From NCBI GenBank assembly GCA_030648295.1, contig JAUSID010000128.1:5897-69896 (forward strand): a stretch of 64,000 nt of DNA, read 5' to 3'. The translations under genes and the position numbers were made by a program. Each line of letters opens with the position of its first letter. Positions within the stretch are counted from its first letter, which is position 1. Below are positions 19,885 through 28,424 of this stretch, piece after piece. The stretch comes from Opitutaceae bacterium. GTDB lineage: Bacteria > Verrucomicrobiota > Verrucomicrobiia > Opitutales > Opitutaceae. The notes below the pieces were generated by a model, which saw only the letters and a list, made by a program, of their open reading frames with translations, was not told the DNA's origin and did no database searches.

Positions 19885-20667
19885 ATGCATCTCATCTACT
19901 TCGACGAATCGGGTAACAGCGGCACCAATCTCACCGCGCCACACCAACCAATTTTTGTGCTCGGTGCCTTGGTCGTGCCCGAAACCGCCTGGCTGGCGTT
20001 GGAAGCAGACCTCCAAGCGGTGATTGACCGCTATTTCCCGGCCCCACGCCCGGAACACTTCGAAATCCACGCCACCGAACTCCATAACCCCCGCGATTTC
20101 TGCAAATCCTTCCCCATCGCTCATCGCCTCGCGTTCCGCGACGACTGGTTGCGCGTCGCGCAAAAACACGGGCTCAAGTTCCTCTATCGCGCCATTGTCA
20201 AAAAGCGCTTTCAAGCCTGGCTCCACACCGCGTTTGGCGGCGGCGTGGCCATCAATCCCCATGTCGCCGCCTTCCCGCTGGTCGCCCGCGCCGTGGACAA
20301 TCACCTGCGCACCCTGCCGGGATCGCCGCTCGGCATGTTCATCGCCGATGAAAACAAAGACGTCGTGCGCGATGTGGAAAAAGCCCATCGCCTTCTGCGC
20401 GGGACTGAGGGAGTGCTCAAGCTCGGGCGCATCGTCGAAAAGGGCTTCTTCATCGACTCGGCCTCCAGCCTGCCGCTCCAGCTCTGCGACCTCTGCGTTT
20501 ACGCGGCGCGGCGCCACGAGGAGCGAAAGGCCGGGTTCGCCGTAAAACCTTTGGATGCCTCGTCCATTTCCTTGTGGGAAACCCTCGTCCTGCGGATTGA
20601 CGAATCCATGCCCGACGTTCTCGCGTGGCTCACTGAACAGCAAAAAAAGATGCGGCCAGGGAACTAA
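19885..20667 (+). CDS. DUF3800 family protein
   Basis: N-terminal IYFDESG, EIHATEL, IADE and IDS...LQLCD pattern typical of the family. Confidence 0.8.
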   Translation: MHLIYFDESGNSGTNLTAPHQPIFVLGALVVPETAWLALEADLQAVIDRYFPAPRPEHFEIHATELHNPRDFCKSFPIAHRLAFRDDWLRVAQKHGLKFLYRAIVKKRFQAWLHTAFGGGVAINPHVAAFPLVARAVDNHLRTLPGSPLGMFIADENKDVVRDVEKAHRLLRGTEGVLKLGRIVEKGFFIDSASSLPLQLCDLCVYAARRHEERKAGFAVKPLDASSISLWETLVLRIDESMPDVLAWLTEQQKKMRPGN

Positions 20668-20737
20668 GTCGCGGGAACGGAAAGGGTCCGAACCACTCTG
20701 GTCGCACTGGAAACCGAACCCATCTCCGCCTTTTTTT
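20642..20737 (+). ncRNA. Candidate structured RNA overlapping DUF3800 stop codon
   Basis: 11-bp stem UGCGGCCAGGG (20651-20661)/CUCUGGUCGCA (20696-20706), inner hairpin CGGA/UCCG, flanked by A7 (20642-48) and U7 (20731-37). Confidence 0.5.
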
Positions 20738-20804
20738 CAAGTCTCCTTTCCTCGTTTCTGTAATCGACTTTCCCCTCCCGATCGCCGCCTTCGCCCGCTC
20801 TCCA

Positions 20805-23800
20805 ATGCCTCTTCCTCTCGCCGCTCTGCGCGAAGCCCTTCGTCAGCCCTACCAGCGCGCCACCTGGACCGGCGGCAAAGATAACGCCGGGTTGTTGCGC
20901 CAGTTCTTCGCGCAGACGCAGGTCGATTTCCGGCTCACGCCCCATTCGGTCGAGTTCCCTGGGAAGATCGCCCGCCGCATCCTCCAGCTCGGCGTCGTCA
21001 CGCTTGCCGACAGCAAGCGCCTCGGCGTGTTTGAGGTCGAGCTGGCTGATACCAGCACCCACATCGCTCGCAACCGCGTCGGCCTCCGCGAACTCGCCCG
21101 CCGCCTCATCGATGAGGCCACCATCCACGGCGCGCTCGCCTTCTATTTCCATCCCCAAGTCGGCGAATACCGTTTCAGCTTCATCTCCCGCCAGTCCCGC
21201 ATCGAAAGCGACGGATCGCTCTCCGCCAGCGAGACGCACCCGAAGCGCTTCACCTACGTCCTCGGCCCCGGCGAGCTTTGCCGCACGCCCGCCGAACGCT
21301 TCGGCCTGCTCGCCGCGCAAGCTACCCCCGTCACCATCACGGATCTCGTCGAGGCTTTCTCCGTCGAGAAGCTCACCCGCGAATTCTACCAGCAATTGCA
21401 GCACTGGTATTTTTGGGCGCTCGGACACGTGCGTTTCCCGGCCGATGCGCCCAAAGACGATGGCCGCGACTCGCTCTCCCTCATCCGGCTGCTCACTCGC
21501 TTGATCTTTGTCTGGTTCCTGAAGGAGAAGGGCCTCGTCCCGCCCAACCTCTTCGATCCGGCCGCGCTCGCCCGGCTCCTGCGCCATTTCTCCCCCGACG
21601 ACGAGACCGTCCGCGCCTCGGCCTACTACCGGGCCATCCTGCAAAACCTCTTCTTTGCCACGCTCAACTCCGAGTCCGAGCACCGCGGCTGGGCGCGCGA
21701 GGGTCAAAACATGATGGCTCACTCACTTTATCGCTTCCGCGAGGAGTTCGTTTCACCCACCAGCGCCCTCGATCTCTTCCGCGATATCCCCTTCCTCAAC
21801 GGCGGCCTTTTCGAGTGTCTCGACAAGGATCTGGGCGAAGGCGCCAAGCCCCGCTACGTCCGTATCGACGGCTTCTCCCGCCGCGAAGACAGCCAGCCCG
21901 TCGTCCCCGACTTCCTTTTCTTTGGCCCCGAGCAGGACGCCGACCTCAGCGCCTTCTACGAGGAGAAAAAGCCCGGCAGGAAATCCCGCCCCGCTCGCGT
22001 CCGCGGCCTCCTCGCCATCCTCCATGACTTCAAGTTCACCATCGAGGAAAACACCCCGCTCGACGAGGACGTCGCCCTCGACCCCGAACTGCTCGGCCGG
22101 GTCTTCGAAAACCTCCTTGCCGCTTACAACCCGGAGACGCAGGTCACCGCCCGCAAGCAGACCGGCTCATTCTATACGCCGCGCGAGATCGTGGACTACA
22201 TGACCGGTCAAGCGCTCTTCTACGCGCTGCGCGAAAAAGTGCCGGGGCTGCCCGACCTCGACACCCGCCTCCCGTCAGCGCTCGCCCACGACGATGCGCC
22301 GAATCCCTTCAACTCAGCCGAGACCGGCCAACTCATCGCCGCCCTCGACGACCTGAAAGTCCTCGACCCCGCCTGCGGCTCCGGCGCCTTTCCGATGGGC
22401 GTGCTCCACCGGCTCGTGCATCTCCTGCAAAAAATCGACCCCGGCAACGCCCGCTGGAAAAAGCGCCAGCTCGACAAGGCCGCCGAGATTCCCGACGCCA
22501 CTGTGCGCGAGCGCGTGCTGGCCGACATCGAGCAGGCCTTCGGCGCCAACGAGCTCGGCTACGGTCGCAAGCTCTACCTCATCGAAAACTGCCTCTACGG
22601 CGTGGACATCCAGCCCATCGCCGCGCAGATCACCAAGCTCCGCTTCTTTATCTCCCTCGTCGTCGAGCAGCGCACCGATCCCGCCGCGCCCAATCGCGGC
22701 ATCCGCCCGCTCCCCAATCTCGAAACAAAAATCGTCGCCGCCAATACGCTCCTCGGCGTCGAGCGGAAAGAAAAGCAGGCGGATTTTCTTACCGAAGACA
22801 CAGCAGCTCATATCGAGCTGCACAAACTTCGCCATGCATTGACCAAGGTGCGCGACGACCATTTCCTAGCGCGCACGTCGAAAACAAAGGCGAAGTGCCG
22901 TGAGGATGATAAGCGGATTCGTGCAGAAATGTCGGCATTGCTGGAGAAGGCCGGAATGACTGCAGCTCTGTCTCGCCAACTCTCGGCGTGGGATCCCTAC
23001 GACCAGAACGCTCACGCCTCCTTCTTCGATAGTGAGTGGATGTTCGGGCTTACCGAGGGCTTTGATGTCATTGTTGGCAACCCTCCATATCGGATGCTTC
23101 AACCGCATAATACTGCTCAGTCCGATTTGGACTATTTCCGCGAGCACTTCGTGTCCGCAGAGTTCAAAATCGAGCTATTCCATCTTTTCCTGCAACGCGG
23201 AACCTTGCTCCTTCAGGATTGCGGATGCCTCGCCTTTATCGTTCCGAGTTCGATTCTGAACAACGTTTACGCGGAGAAGCTTCGTCGATGGCTAATGGAA
23301 CATTGTGCCATTCGATCAATCGCCGTTTCTCCGGATCGCGTGTTTGCGGCGGCTGACGTTCATACCTCCGTTATTATTCTCGGACGCGAAACGAATCCCG
23401 GAAGGAGAAAGGAAAACGTCGTTGCCACAACCACCGCGCTCACACCTCAGTTCGCTCGAACGCCAGGTGCATACGACCGAACCTTGCAGGCTCGATTTGC
23501 CGCCTTACCTGGAGCGATTTGGAACATTCTTCTGAACGAAGATAACGCCGGCTTGTTTGAGAAACTGAGAGCGACATCGTCGTCGTTGGAATCCGTATCG
23601 AAAATCAACCGCGGCTTGATATCAGGGGATCGTGATCAATACTTTTCGGAGAAAAAATTGACCGGGAAGCACATTCCTATTCTCACCGGTGCGGATGTGG
23701 ATCGTTATGCTCTAAAGCCGTCGACCGAGTTCGTTTTGTTCGAACGCCCTGATTCCGCAGGAGGTTGTTGGGACGAGGATGTTCACCTCGCCCCGCACAA

Positions 23801-24239
23801 GATAGTTGTTCGGCAGATCGGCACAAAGCCAACCGCCAGCTTCTTGGCGAAGCCTGTCGCCGTAACCGGAAACATTTTCACGATTCGAGGCGAAAACGAG
23901 GACCACGAGCTGTTCATACTCGGTATTTTGAATTCCAAGCTCATCGAATATTTTTGGCGGATCATGTTTTCAGATTTCAAGAGTTCGTTCCCGCAAGTCA
24001 CAATCTTCAGTCTTTCTCAAGTGCCAGTGGTCGTCACACGGGCAGGGGACGCAAAGCAGCATTCACTGAGAAAGCGCCTCGTCACCCTCGTGGACCAAAT
24101 CCTCGCCGCGAAGCAGGCGGACGCGGGGGCCGACACGAGCGCGCCGGAAGCGGAGATCGACCGGCACGTTTACGCTCTCTACGGCCTGACCCCCGCCGAA
24201 ATCAAAATCGTCGAAGAGTCCGCTTCCGCCGCCAAGTAA
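20805..24239 (+). CDS. N6-adenine DNA methyltransferase, type IIG/Eco57I-like, with C-terminal target-recognition domain
   Basis: GSFYTPREIV, DPACGSGAF (motif I), GVDI, IVGNPPY (motif IV), TaqI-C-like tail (KIVVRQI, LGILNSKLI). Confidence 0.9.
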   Translation: MPLPLAALREALRQPYQRATWTGGKDNAGLLRQFFAQTQVDFRLTPHSVEFPGKIARRILQLGVVTLADSKRLGVFEVELADTSTHIARNRVGLRELARRLIDEATIHGALAFYFHPQVGEYRFSFISRQSRIESDGSLSASETHPKRFTYVLGPGELCRTPAERFGLLAAQATPVTITDLVEAFSVEKLTREFYQQLQHWYFWALGHVRFPADAPKDDGRDSLSLIRLLTRLIFVWFLKEKGLVPPNLFDPAALARLLRHFSPDDETVRASAYYRAILQNLFFATLNSESEHRGWAREGQNMMAHSLYRFREEFVSPTSALDLFRDIPFLNGGLFECLDKDLGEGAKPRYVRIDGFSRREDSQPVVPDFLFFGPEQDADLSAFYEEKKPGRKSRPARVRGLLAILHDFKFTIEENTPLDEDVALDPELLGRVFENLLAAYNPETQVTARKQTGSFYTPREIVDYMTGQALFYALREKVPGLPDLDTRLPSALAHDDAPNPFNSAETGQLIAALDDLKVLDPACGSGAFPMGVLHRLVHLLQKIDPGNARWKKRQLDKAAEIPDATVRERVLADIEQAFGANELGYGRKLYLIENCLYGVDIQPIAAQITKLRFFISLVVEQRTDPAAPNRGIRPLPNLETKIVAANTLLGVERKEKQADFLTEDTAAHIELHKLRHALTKVRDDHFLARTSKTKAKCREDDKRIRAEMSALLEKAGMTAALSRQLSAWDPYDQNAHASFFDSEWMFGLTEGFDVIVGNPPYRMLQPHNTAQSDLDYFREHFVSAEFKIELFHLFLQRGTLLLQDCGCLAFIVPSSILNNVYAEKLRRWLMEHCAIRSIAVSPDRVFAAADVHTSVIILGRETNPGRRKENVVATTTALTPQFARTPGAYDRTLQARFAALPGAIWNILLNEDNAGLFEKLRATSSSLESVSKINRGLISGDRDQYFSEKKLTGKHIPILTGADVDRYALKPSTEFVLFERPDSAGGCWDEDVHLAPHKIVVRQIGTKPTASFLAKPVAVTGNIFTIRGENEDHELFILGILNSKLIEYFWRIMFSDFKSSFPQVTIFSLSQVPVVVTRAGDAKQHSLRKRLVTLVDQILAAKQADAGADTSAPEAEIDRHVYALYGLTPAEIKIVEESASAAK

Positions 24240-24271
24240 ATCAACCGATCCGCGCTCGCCCTGCCTTCGTC

Positions 24272-25018
24272 GTGAAAAAGAATTCCCCGCTCAAAATCCT
24301 CCTTCGCGCGGAAGCCATCCCGGCGCTGACGGCGGGGCGGCCCTATTTTTCGATGGCGGAGTTGCGCGCCTGGCTCACGCGCCGGCGCATCCCGTGGACC
24401 GCCGCCACGCTCAATTCCTACCTCCACGCCTTCACCAACGACGGCACGGTTTACGATGCCGGCCGCGGTTGGTATTCCACCCTCGCGCAACCGCTCGCCC
24501 TTGGTCGCGCCCACGTCGCGCCAGTGGTGGAACTCATCGAAAAGGAATTTCCGCTCTTGTCGTTCGCGGTGTGGTCCACCCAGCAGATCAACCCGTGGAT
24601 GCACCACCTGCTCGGGAAGTTTGTAACTTTCGTTTACGTGGAGAGGGAAGGCGTCGGCGCGGTGTGGGAACTCCTGAAAGAGAAAGGCTACGACGCCCAC
24701 CGCAACCCGACGAAGAAGGAGGCCGCGAAGACCTTCAGTGTGCGCGACAACACCGTGGTCGTCCGCGCCGGTAGTCTGTCCCAAGCACCAGTGGACGGCC
24801 ATTACGCCGCCCCCGAAAAAATCCTCGTGGATCTGGCGGCAGAGCTGGCCGTGCTGCAGCTGATGGACGCCAGCGAATTCACTGCCCTGTTTTCGAGTGC
24901 AGCGACTTCCGGCCGGCTGGAAATCACCGGCATGTTGCGTTACGCGCACCGCAGAGAGTTGAAGCCTCGCTTCTTACGCCTCCTGAATCAATTAACGTCA
25001 GAAAATTACGAGTCCTGA
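24272..25018 (+). CDS. AbiEi-like type IV TA antitoxin (wHTH N-terminus)
   Basis: wHTH-like YLHAF...VYDAGRGWYS, central WSTQQIN, PEKILVDL; upstream of AbiEii-like gene; GTG start inferred. Confidence 0.65.
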   Translation: MKKNSPLKILLRAEAIPALTAGRPYFSMAELRAWLTRRRIPWTAATLNSYLHAFTNDGTVYDAGRGWYSTLAQPLALGRAHVAPVVELIEKEFPLLSFAVWSTQQINPWMHHLLGKFVTFVYVEREGVGAVWELLKEKGYDAHRNPTKKEAAKTFSVRDNTVVVRAGSLSQAPVDGHYAAPEKILVDLAAELAVLQLMDASEFTALFSSAATSGRLEITGMLRYAHRRELKPRFLRLLNQLTSENYES

Positions 25019-25023
25019 CAACA

Positions 25024-25278
25024 ATGGATTCATCCTTCTCCAAACTCCCCCTCGACGGCCACTACGCCACGCCCGGAAAACTGCTCGTAGAATTGGCCGC
25101 CGAGGCCGAACTCTTGCCGCTCATGGTCCCGTCTGAGTTGGCCGGCGTTTTCTCCGGCGTGATTCGTTCAGAACGCTTGGATATGCCGACAATGCTAGAA
25201 TACTCATTCCGCAAAAGGAACAAAGGGAATGTCTTAAGACTAGTGAGTCCGGTATCGTCACAAAACGTCGAAATGTGA
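25024..25278 (+). CDS. Stand-alone paralog of the antitoxin C-terminal domain
   Basis: Gapless hand alignment to the last 81 aa of the upstream protein, 37/81 identical. Confidence 0.65.
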   Translation: MDSSFSKLPLDGHYATPGKLLVELAAEAELLPLMVPSELAGVFSGVIRSERLDMPTMLEYSFRKRNKGNVLRLVSPVSSQNVEM

Positions 25279-25299
25279 CGATACCGGATTATCGCCCCC

Positions 25300-26061
25300 A
25301 TGATCCACCCCGACTGCTTCCAACTCCCTTGGCTGCGGCAGCAGGCGGAGGCGATGCGGGTGCAGCAAGCCAACCTGCATTTGTTGGAGCGGTGCATTCA
25401 TGCCTTGGAACTGGTCGGTCGGCTTTCGGATGCTGGCTTGAACTTCGTTTTCAAGGGCGGCACCAGCTTGGTGCTGCTCCTCCAGCCCGTTCGTCGGCTG
25501 TCCCTCGACGTGGACATCGCGACCCCGGAGCCAATCGAGCGAATCAAAGCCATGCTGGACCAAGTGGCGACGAACCAACCGCCCTTCCTGCGCTACGAAC
25601 ACCAGACCAAGCGCGACCGCGATGCTCCGCCGACCAAGCATTTCAAAATATTTTTCCGCTCCGTCGCCGGCCCGCAACCGGAGTCCTATGTGCTGCTCGA
25701 TGTCATCACGACCGGCCATCGCTATGCGGTGACGGCAAAACGCAGCATCGCGGCGCCGTTCATCAGGCTCGAGTCGGATGCCCAAGTCGTCCTGCCCACA
25801 GTCGACTGCATCCTCGGGGACAAACTCGCCGCATTCGCCCCGAGAACGATAGGCGTGTTGTATGACCCTCTGGATCGAAACGGCCAAGTGCCCAGGATCA
25901 TTGCTCAGCGGGTGCCATCACTTGCCGAGCTTCGGCTGATTGCGCTCTCCGAAGAGAACGCCGCACTATATCCCATTTTGCGCCCGCTCGCACCGGAAGC
26001 GCTTTATTACTGGTCGATGATCGAAGACGCCATCGCGTTGAGCCGCGATGCCACGCCGTGA
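25300..26061 (+). CDS. AbiEii/AbiGii-like nucleotidyltransferase toxin, possibly internally shortened
   Basis: FKGGTSL and RLSLDVDI NTase motifs, DKLAAFAP, PEALYYW. Confidence 0.8.
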   Translation: MIHPDCFQLPWLRQQAEAMRVQQANLHLLERCIHALELVGRLSDAGLNFVFKGGTSLVLLLQPVRRLSLDVDIATPEPIERIKAMLDQVATNQPPFLRYEHQTKRDRDAPPTKHFKIFFRSVAGPQPESYVLLDVITTGHRYAVTAKRSIAAPFIRLESDAQVVLPTVDCILGDKLAAFAPRTIGVLYDPLDRNGQVPRIIAQRVPSLAELRLIALSEENAALYPILRPLAPEALYYWSMIEDAIALSRDATP

Positions 26062-26253
26062 GCCCAAAGCCCGCATCGCTTCGGCCCTGAACGGGCCGAC
26101 CGTAAGCTGCCGCTCGCGAAGTTCCGCGGAGCCAAGAATCAACTAATGCCACCAATTCAGATTGATTGATGGAAATCGAGTGATCTCTGCAGGTGGGCAG
26201 CCCGTTCGCGCGTTGACGATCGGCTTTCGCTGGCGAACCCCGCGACTCATGTT

Positions 26254-26352
26254 GCAGGCGAAGGCGAGGAGGAATTCGTGGCCGCAGTCGAGGCTGCGCA
26301 AGCGCGAGAAACGGGTGTGGAGTTCGCCGCACGCGAGAAACGCCTGGATGGC
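26254..26352 (-). pseudogene. IS91-family transposase zinc-binding domain remnant
   Basis: FLACGELHTRFSRLRSLDCGHEFLLAFAC resembles IS91 N-terminal C(G)..GF.R..C..CGHE.LVAFSC; no HUH/Y2 domain follows. Confidence 0.65.
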
Positions 26353-26486
26353 AGCGGTGGCTTCGGGCGCTAGGGCGGGCAGTCGCGGGAGACTCGCGTC
26401 AACCATTCCATACTGAATCAGCGCTTCGGCTGGAATTCGGGTCCGATTTAGTATCTCCTCACGGTTCGTTTTCCAACTTCACCTCC

Positions 26487-26957
26487 ATGCGACACACGAT
26501 CTCCGTCCTCGTTGAGAACAAGTTCGGCGTTTTGGCCCGCATCTCCGGAATGTTTTCCGGCCGCGGCTTCAACATCGACTCGCTCAACGTCGCGCCTACG
26601 CACGATGCGTCGCTCTCCCGCATCACCGCGGTGCTGAAGGGCGACGACGCGCAGCTCGACCTGTGCGTCAAGCAGCTGCGGAAGCTCGTGAATGTCGTCG
26701 ACGTGAGCGATTTCAAGGAAGGCCAGGCGGTAAACCGCGAACTCGTGCTCGTCCGAATCAAGGCCGATGCGAAAACGCGGCCGGAGATTCTCCAAATCAA
26801 GGAAATCTTCCGCGCCAAGATCGTCCACCTCGGTGCCGACTCGGTCATCATCGAAGCGACCGGTGACGACGAAAAGGTCGGTGCGCTGCTCGGGTTGCTC
26901 GAGCCGTTCGGCATCCTCGAACTCGCCCGCACCGGCCGGCTCGCGCTGAAGCGGTGA
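26487..26957 (+). CDS. ilvN: Acetolactate synthase small subunit
   Basis: ACT domain VENKFGVLARISGMFSGRGFNIDSL; ELARTG C-terminus. Confidence 0.96.
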   Translation: MRHTISVLVENKFGVLARISGMFSGRGFNIDSLNVAPTHDASLSRITAVLKGDDAQLDLCVKQLRKLVNVVDVSDFKEGQAVNRELVLVRIKADAKTRPEILQIKEIFRAKIVHLGADSVIIEATGDDEKVGALLGLLEPFGILELARTGRLALKR

Positions 26958-26958
26958 T

Positions 26959-27090
26959 AAAGGGACTAAAGGACTAAGGGACTAAAGGACCAAGGGACCA
27001 AGGGACCAGGGACCAGAGACGAAAAAGAAAACTTCACCGCGTTCCGGCGTTTCCAACCCAGAACCCAAAACTCAGAACCCGAAACCGAAA
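26959..27090. repeat. Octamer (AAAGGACT/AAGGGACC) and heptamer (CAGAACC) tandem repeats
   Basis: About 8 degenerate 8-bp units at 26959-27020; cagaacccaaaactcagaaccc at 27059-27080. Confidence 0.85.
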
Positions 27091-27106
27091 AGCGCAGCTT
27101 TTTTCC

Positions 27107-28135
27107 ATGCCCGCCAAAGTCTACACCGACAAAGACGCCGATCTCGGCGTGTTTCAGAACAAAACGCTCGCCATCCTCGGCTACGGTTCGCAGGGCCACG
27201 CCCACGCGCTCAACCTGAAGGACAGCGGCTGCAAGGTCATCATCGGCCTGTATCCAGGTTCCAAGTCCAGGGAGGTTGCCGAGCAGCACGGGTTCGAGGT
27301 CTTCGACGCGGCCGAGGCGGTCCGCCGCGCCGACGTAATCATGATCGGTCTGCCCGACATGAAGCAGGCTGATGTCTACGAGCGTGACATCCTGCCGAAT
27401 CTCGCGAAGGGCAAGACGCTGCTGTTCTCGCACGGGCTGAGCGTGCACTTCGGGCTGATCAAGCTGCACAAGGATATCGACTGCATCATGGTCGCGCCGA
27501 AGGGCCCCGGACACATGGTTCGCCGGCTCTACACCGAAGGCAAAGGCATGCCGGCTCTCATCGCCGTCGCGCAGGACAGGTCGAAGCAGGCGAAGAGAAC
27601 CGCGCTGGCGTGGGCGAAGGGCATCGGCTCGACGCGCGCGGGCGTGCTCCAGACTTCATTCAAGGAGGAAACCGAGACCGATCTTTTCGGCGAGCAGGCG
27701 GTGTTGTGCGGCGGCGCGAGCGCCCTGGTCCAGGCCGGGTTCGAGACGCTCGTCGAAGCCGGTTACCAGCCCGAGATGGCCTATTTCGAGTGCCTGCACG
27801 AGCTGAAGCTAATCTGCGACCTGATGTACGAGAGCGGCATCGCCGGAATGCGTTTCTCGATTTCCGAGACCGCCAAGTACGGTGATATCACCCGCGGCCC
27901 GCGCGTCGTGAACAAGAAGACCAAGGCGGAGATGAAGAAGATACTGAAGGAGATTCAGACCGGCAAATTCACGAAGGAGTGGGTGAACGAATACAAGGGC
28001 GGCCTGAAGAAGTACAACGCACTGCTGAAGGCCGGTGAGAAGCACCCGATCGAAAAGACCGGTGCCTACCTCCGCTCGATGATGCCCTGGATGACCAAGA
28101 AGAACATCAAGGGCGTCCAGGCCTCTTACTCGTAG
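27107..28135 (+). CDS. ilvC: Ketol-acid reductoisomerase
   Basis: [43 protein letters not shown]. Confidence 0.98.
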   Translation: MPAKVYTDKDADLGVFQNKTLAILGYGSQGHAHALNLKDSGCKVIIGLYPGSKSREVAEQHGFEVFDAAEAVRRADVIMIGLPDMKQADVYERDILPNLAKGKTLLFSHGLSVHFGLIKLHKDIDCIMVAPKGPGHMVRRLYTEGKGMPALIAVAQDRSKQAKRTALAWAKGIGSTRAGVLQTSFKEETETDLFGEQAVLCGGASALVQAGFETLVEAGYQPEMAYFECLHELKLICDLMYESGIAGMRFSISETAKYGDITRGPRVVNKKTKAEMKKILKEIQTGKFTKEWVNEYKGGLKKYNALLKAGEKHPIEKTGAYLRSMMPWMTKKNIKGVQASYS

Positions 28136-28174
28136 GCGCCCGCGGTTCCCATCTTGGAACTTCCTGGAATTTGG

Positions 28175-28211
28175 AGACGCGGAGCCTCTGTTTGGGCCGC
28201 GTCTTTCTTTT
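28175..28211 (+). terminator. Probable terminator after ilvC
   Basis: agacgcgg...ccgcgtct stem followed by ttctttt. Confidence 0.6.
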
Positions 28212-28424
28212 GAGTCTCGACGGAGTATCCGACATTCCAGCGTCGTTACCTCCGCTGCTACGGGCTGGCCGCCTTGCGCGCGCCGGAGGCGCGCTTAGGT
28301 TCCGTGTCCCGCGCGGAACCTGCCGAACCTGCAGAACCTGTTTTCTGGCGTTGCGCGCCGCGAAACGACTCCGCAAGTTAGCTGGTTTCCCATCGCCGGT
28401 TTCACCGGTTTCGCACCCCACATC

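Larger units (their letters stand above)
16183..26450. mobile_element. tRNA-Val-adjacent defence island (no integrase seen)
   Basis: Starts right after tRNA-Val; RM-like, DUF3800, AbiE-like genes and an IS91 remnant; codon style differs from flanks; housekeeping resumes at ilvN. Confidence 0.7.

Noticed and set aside
16601-24239. Calling the island DISARM or BREX
   Set aside because: No drmA/drmB (DUF1998) or pglZ/brxC genes are present.
26380-26410. attR copy of the tRNA-Val 3' end (gactcgcgtcaacca)
   Set aside because: Only loose similarity to ctcagcgtccagcc; too short and gapped to support.
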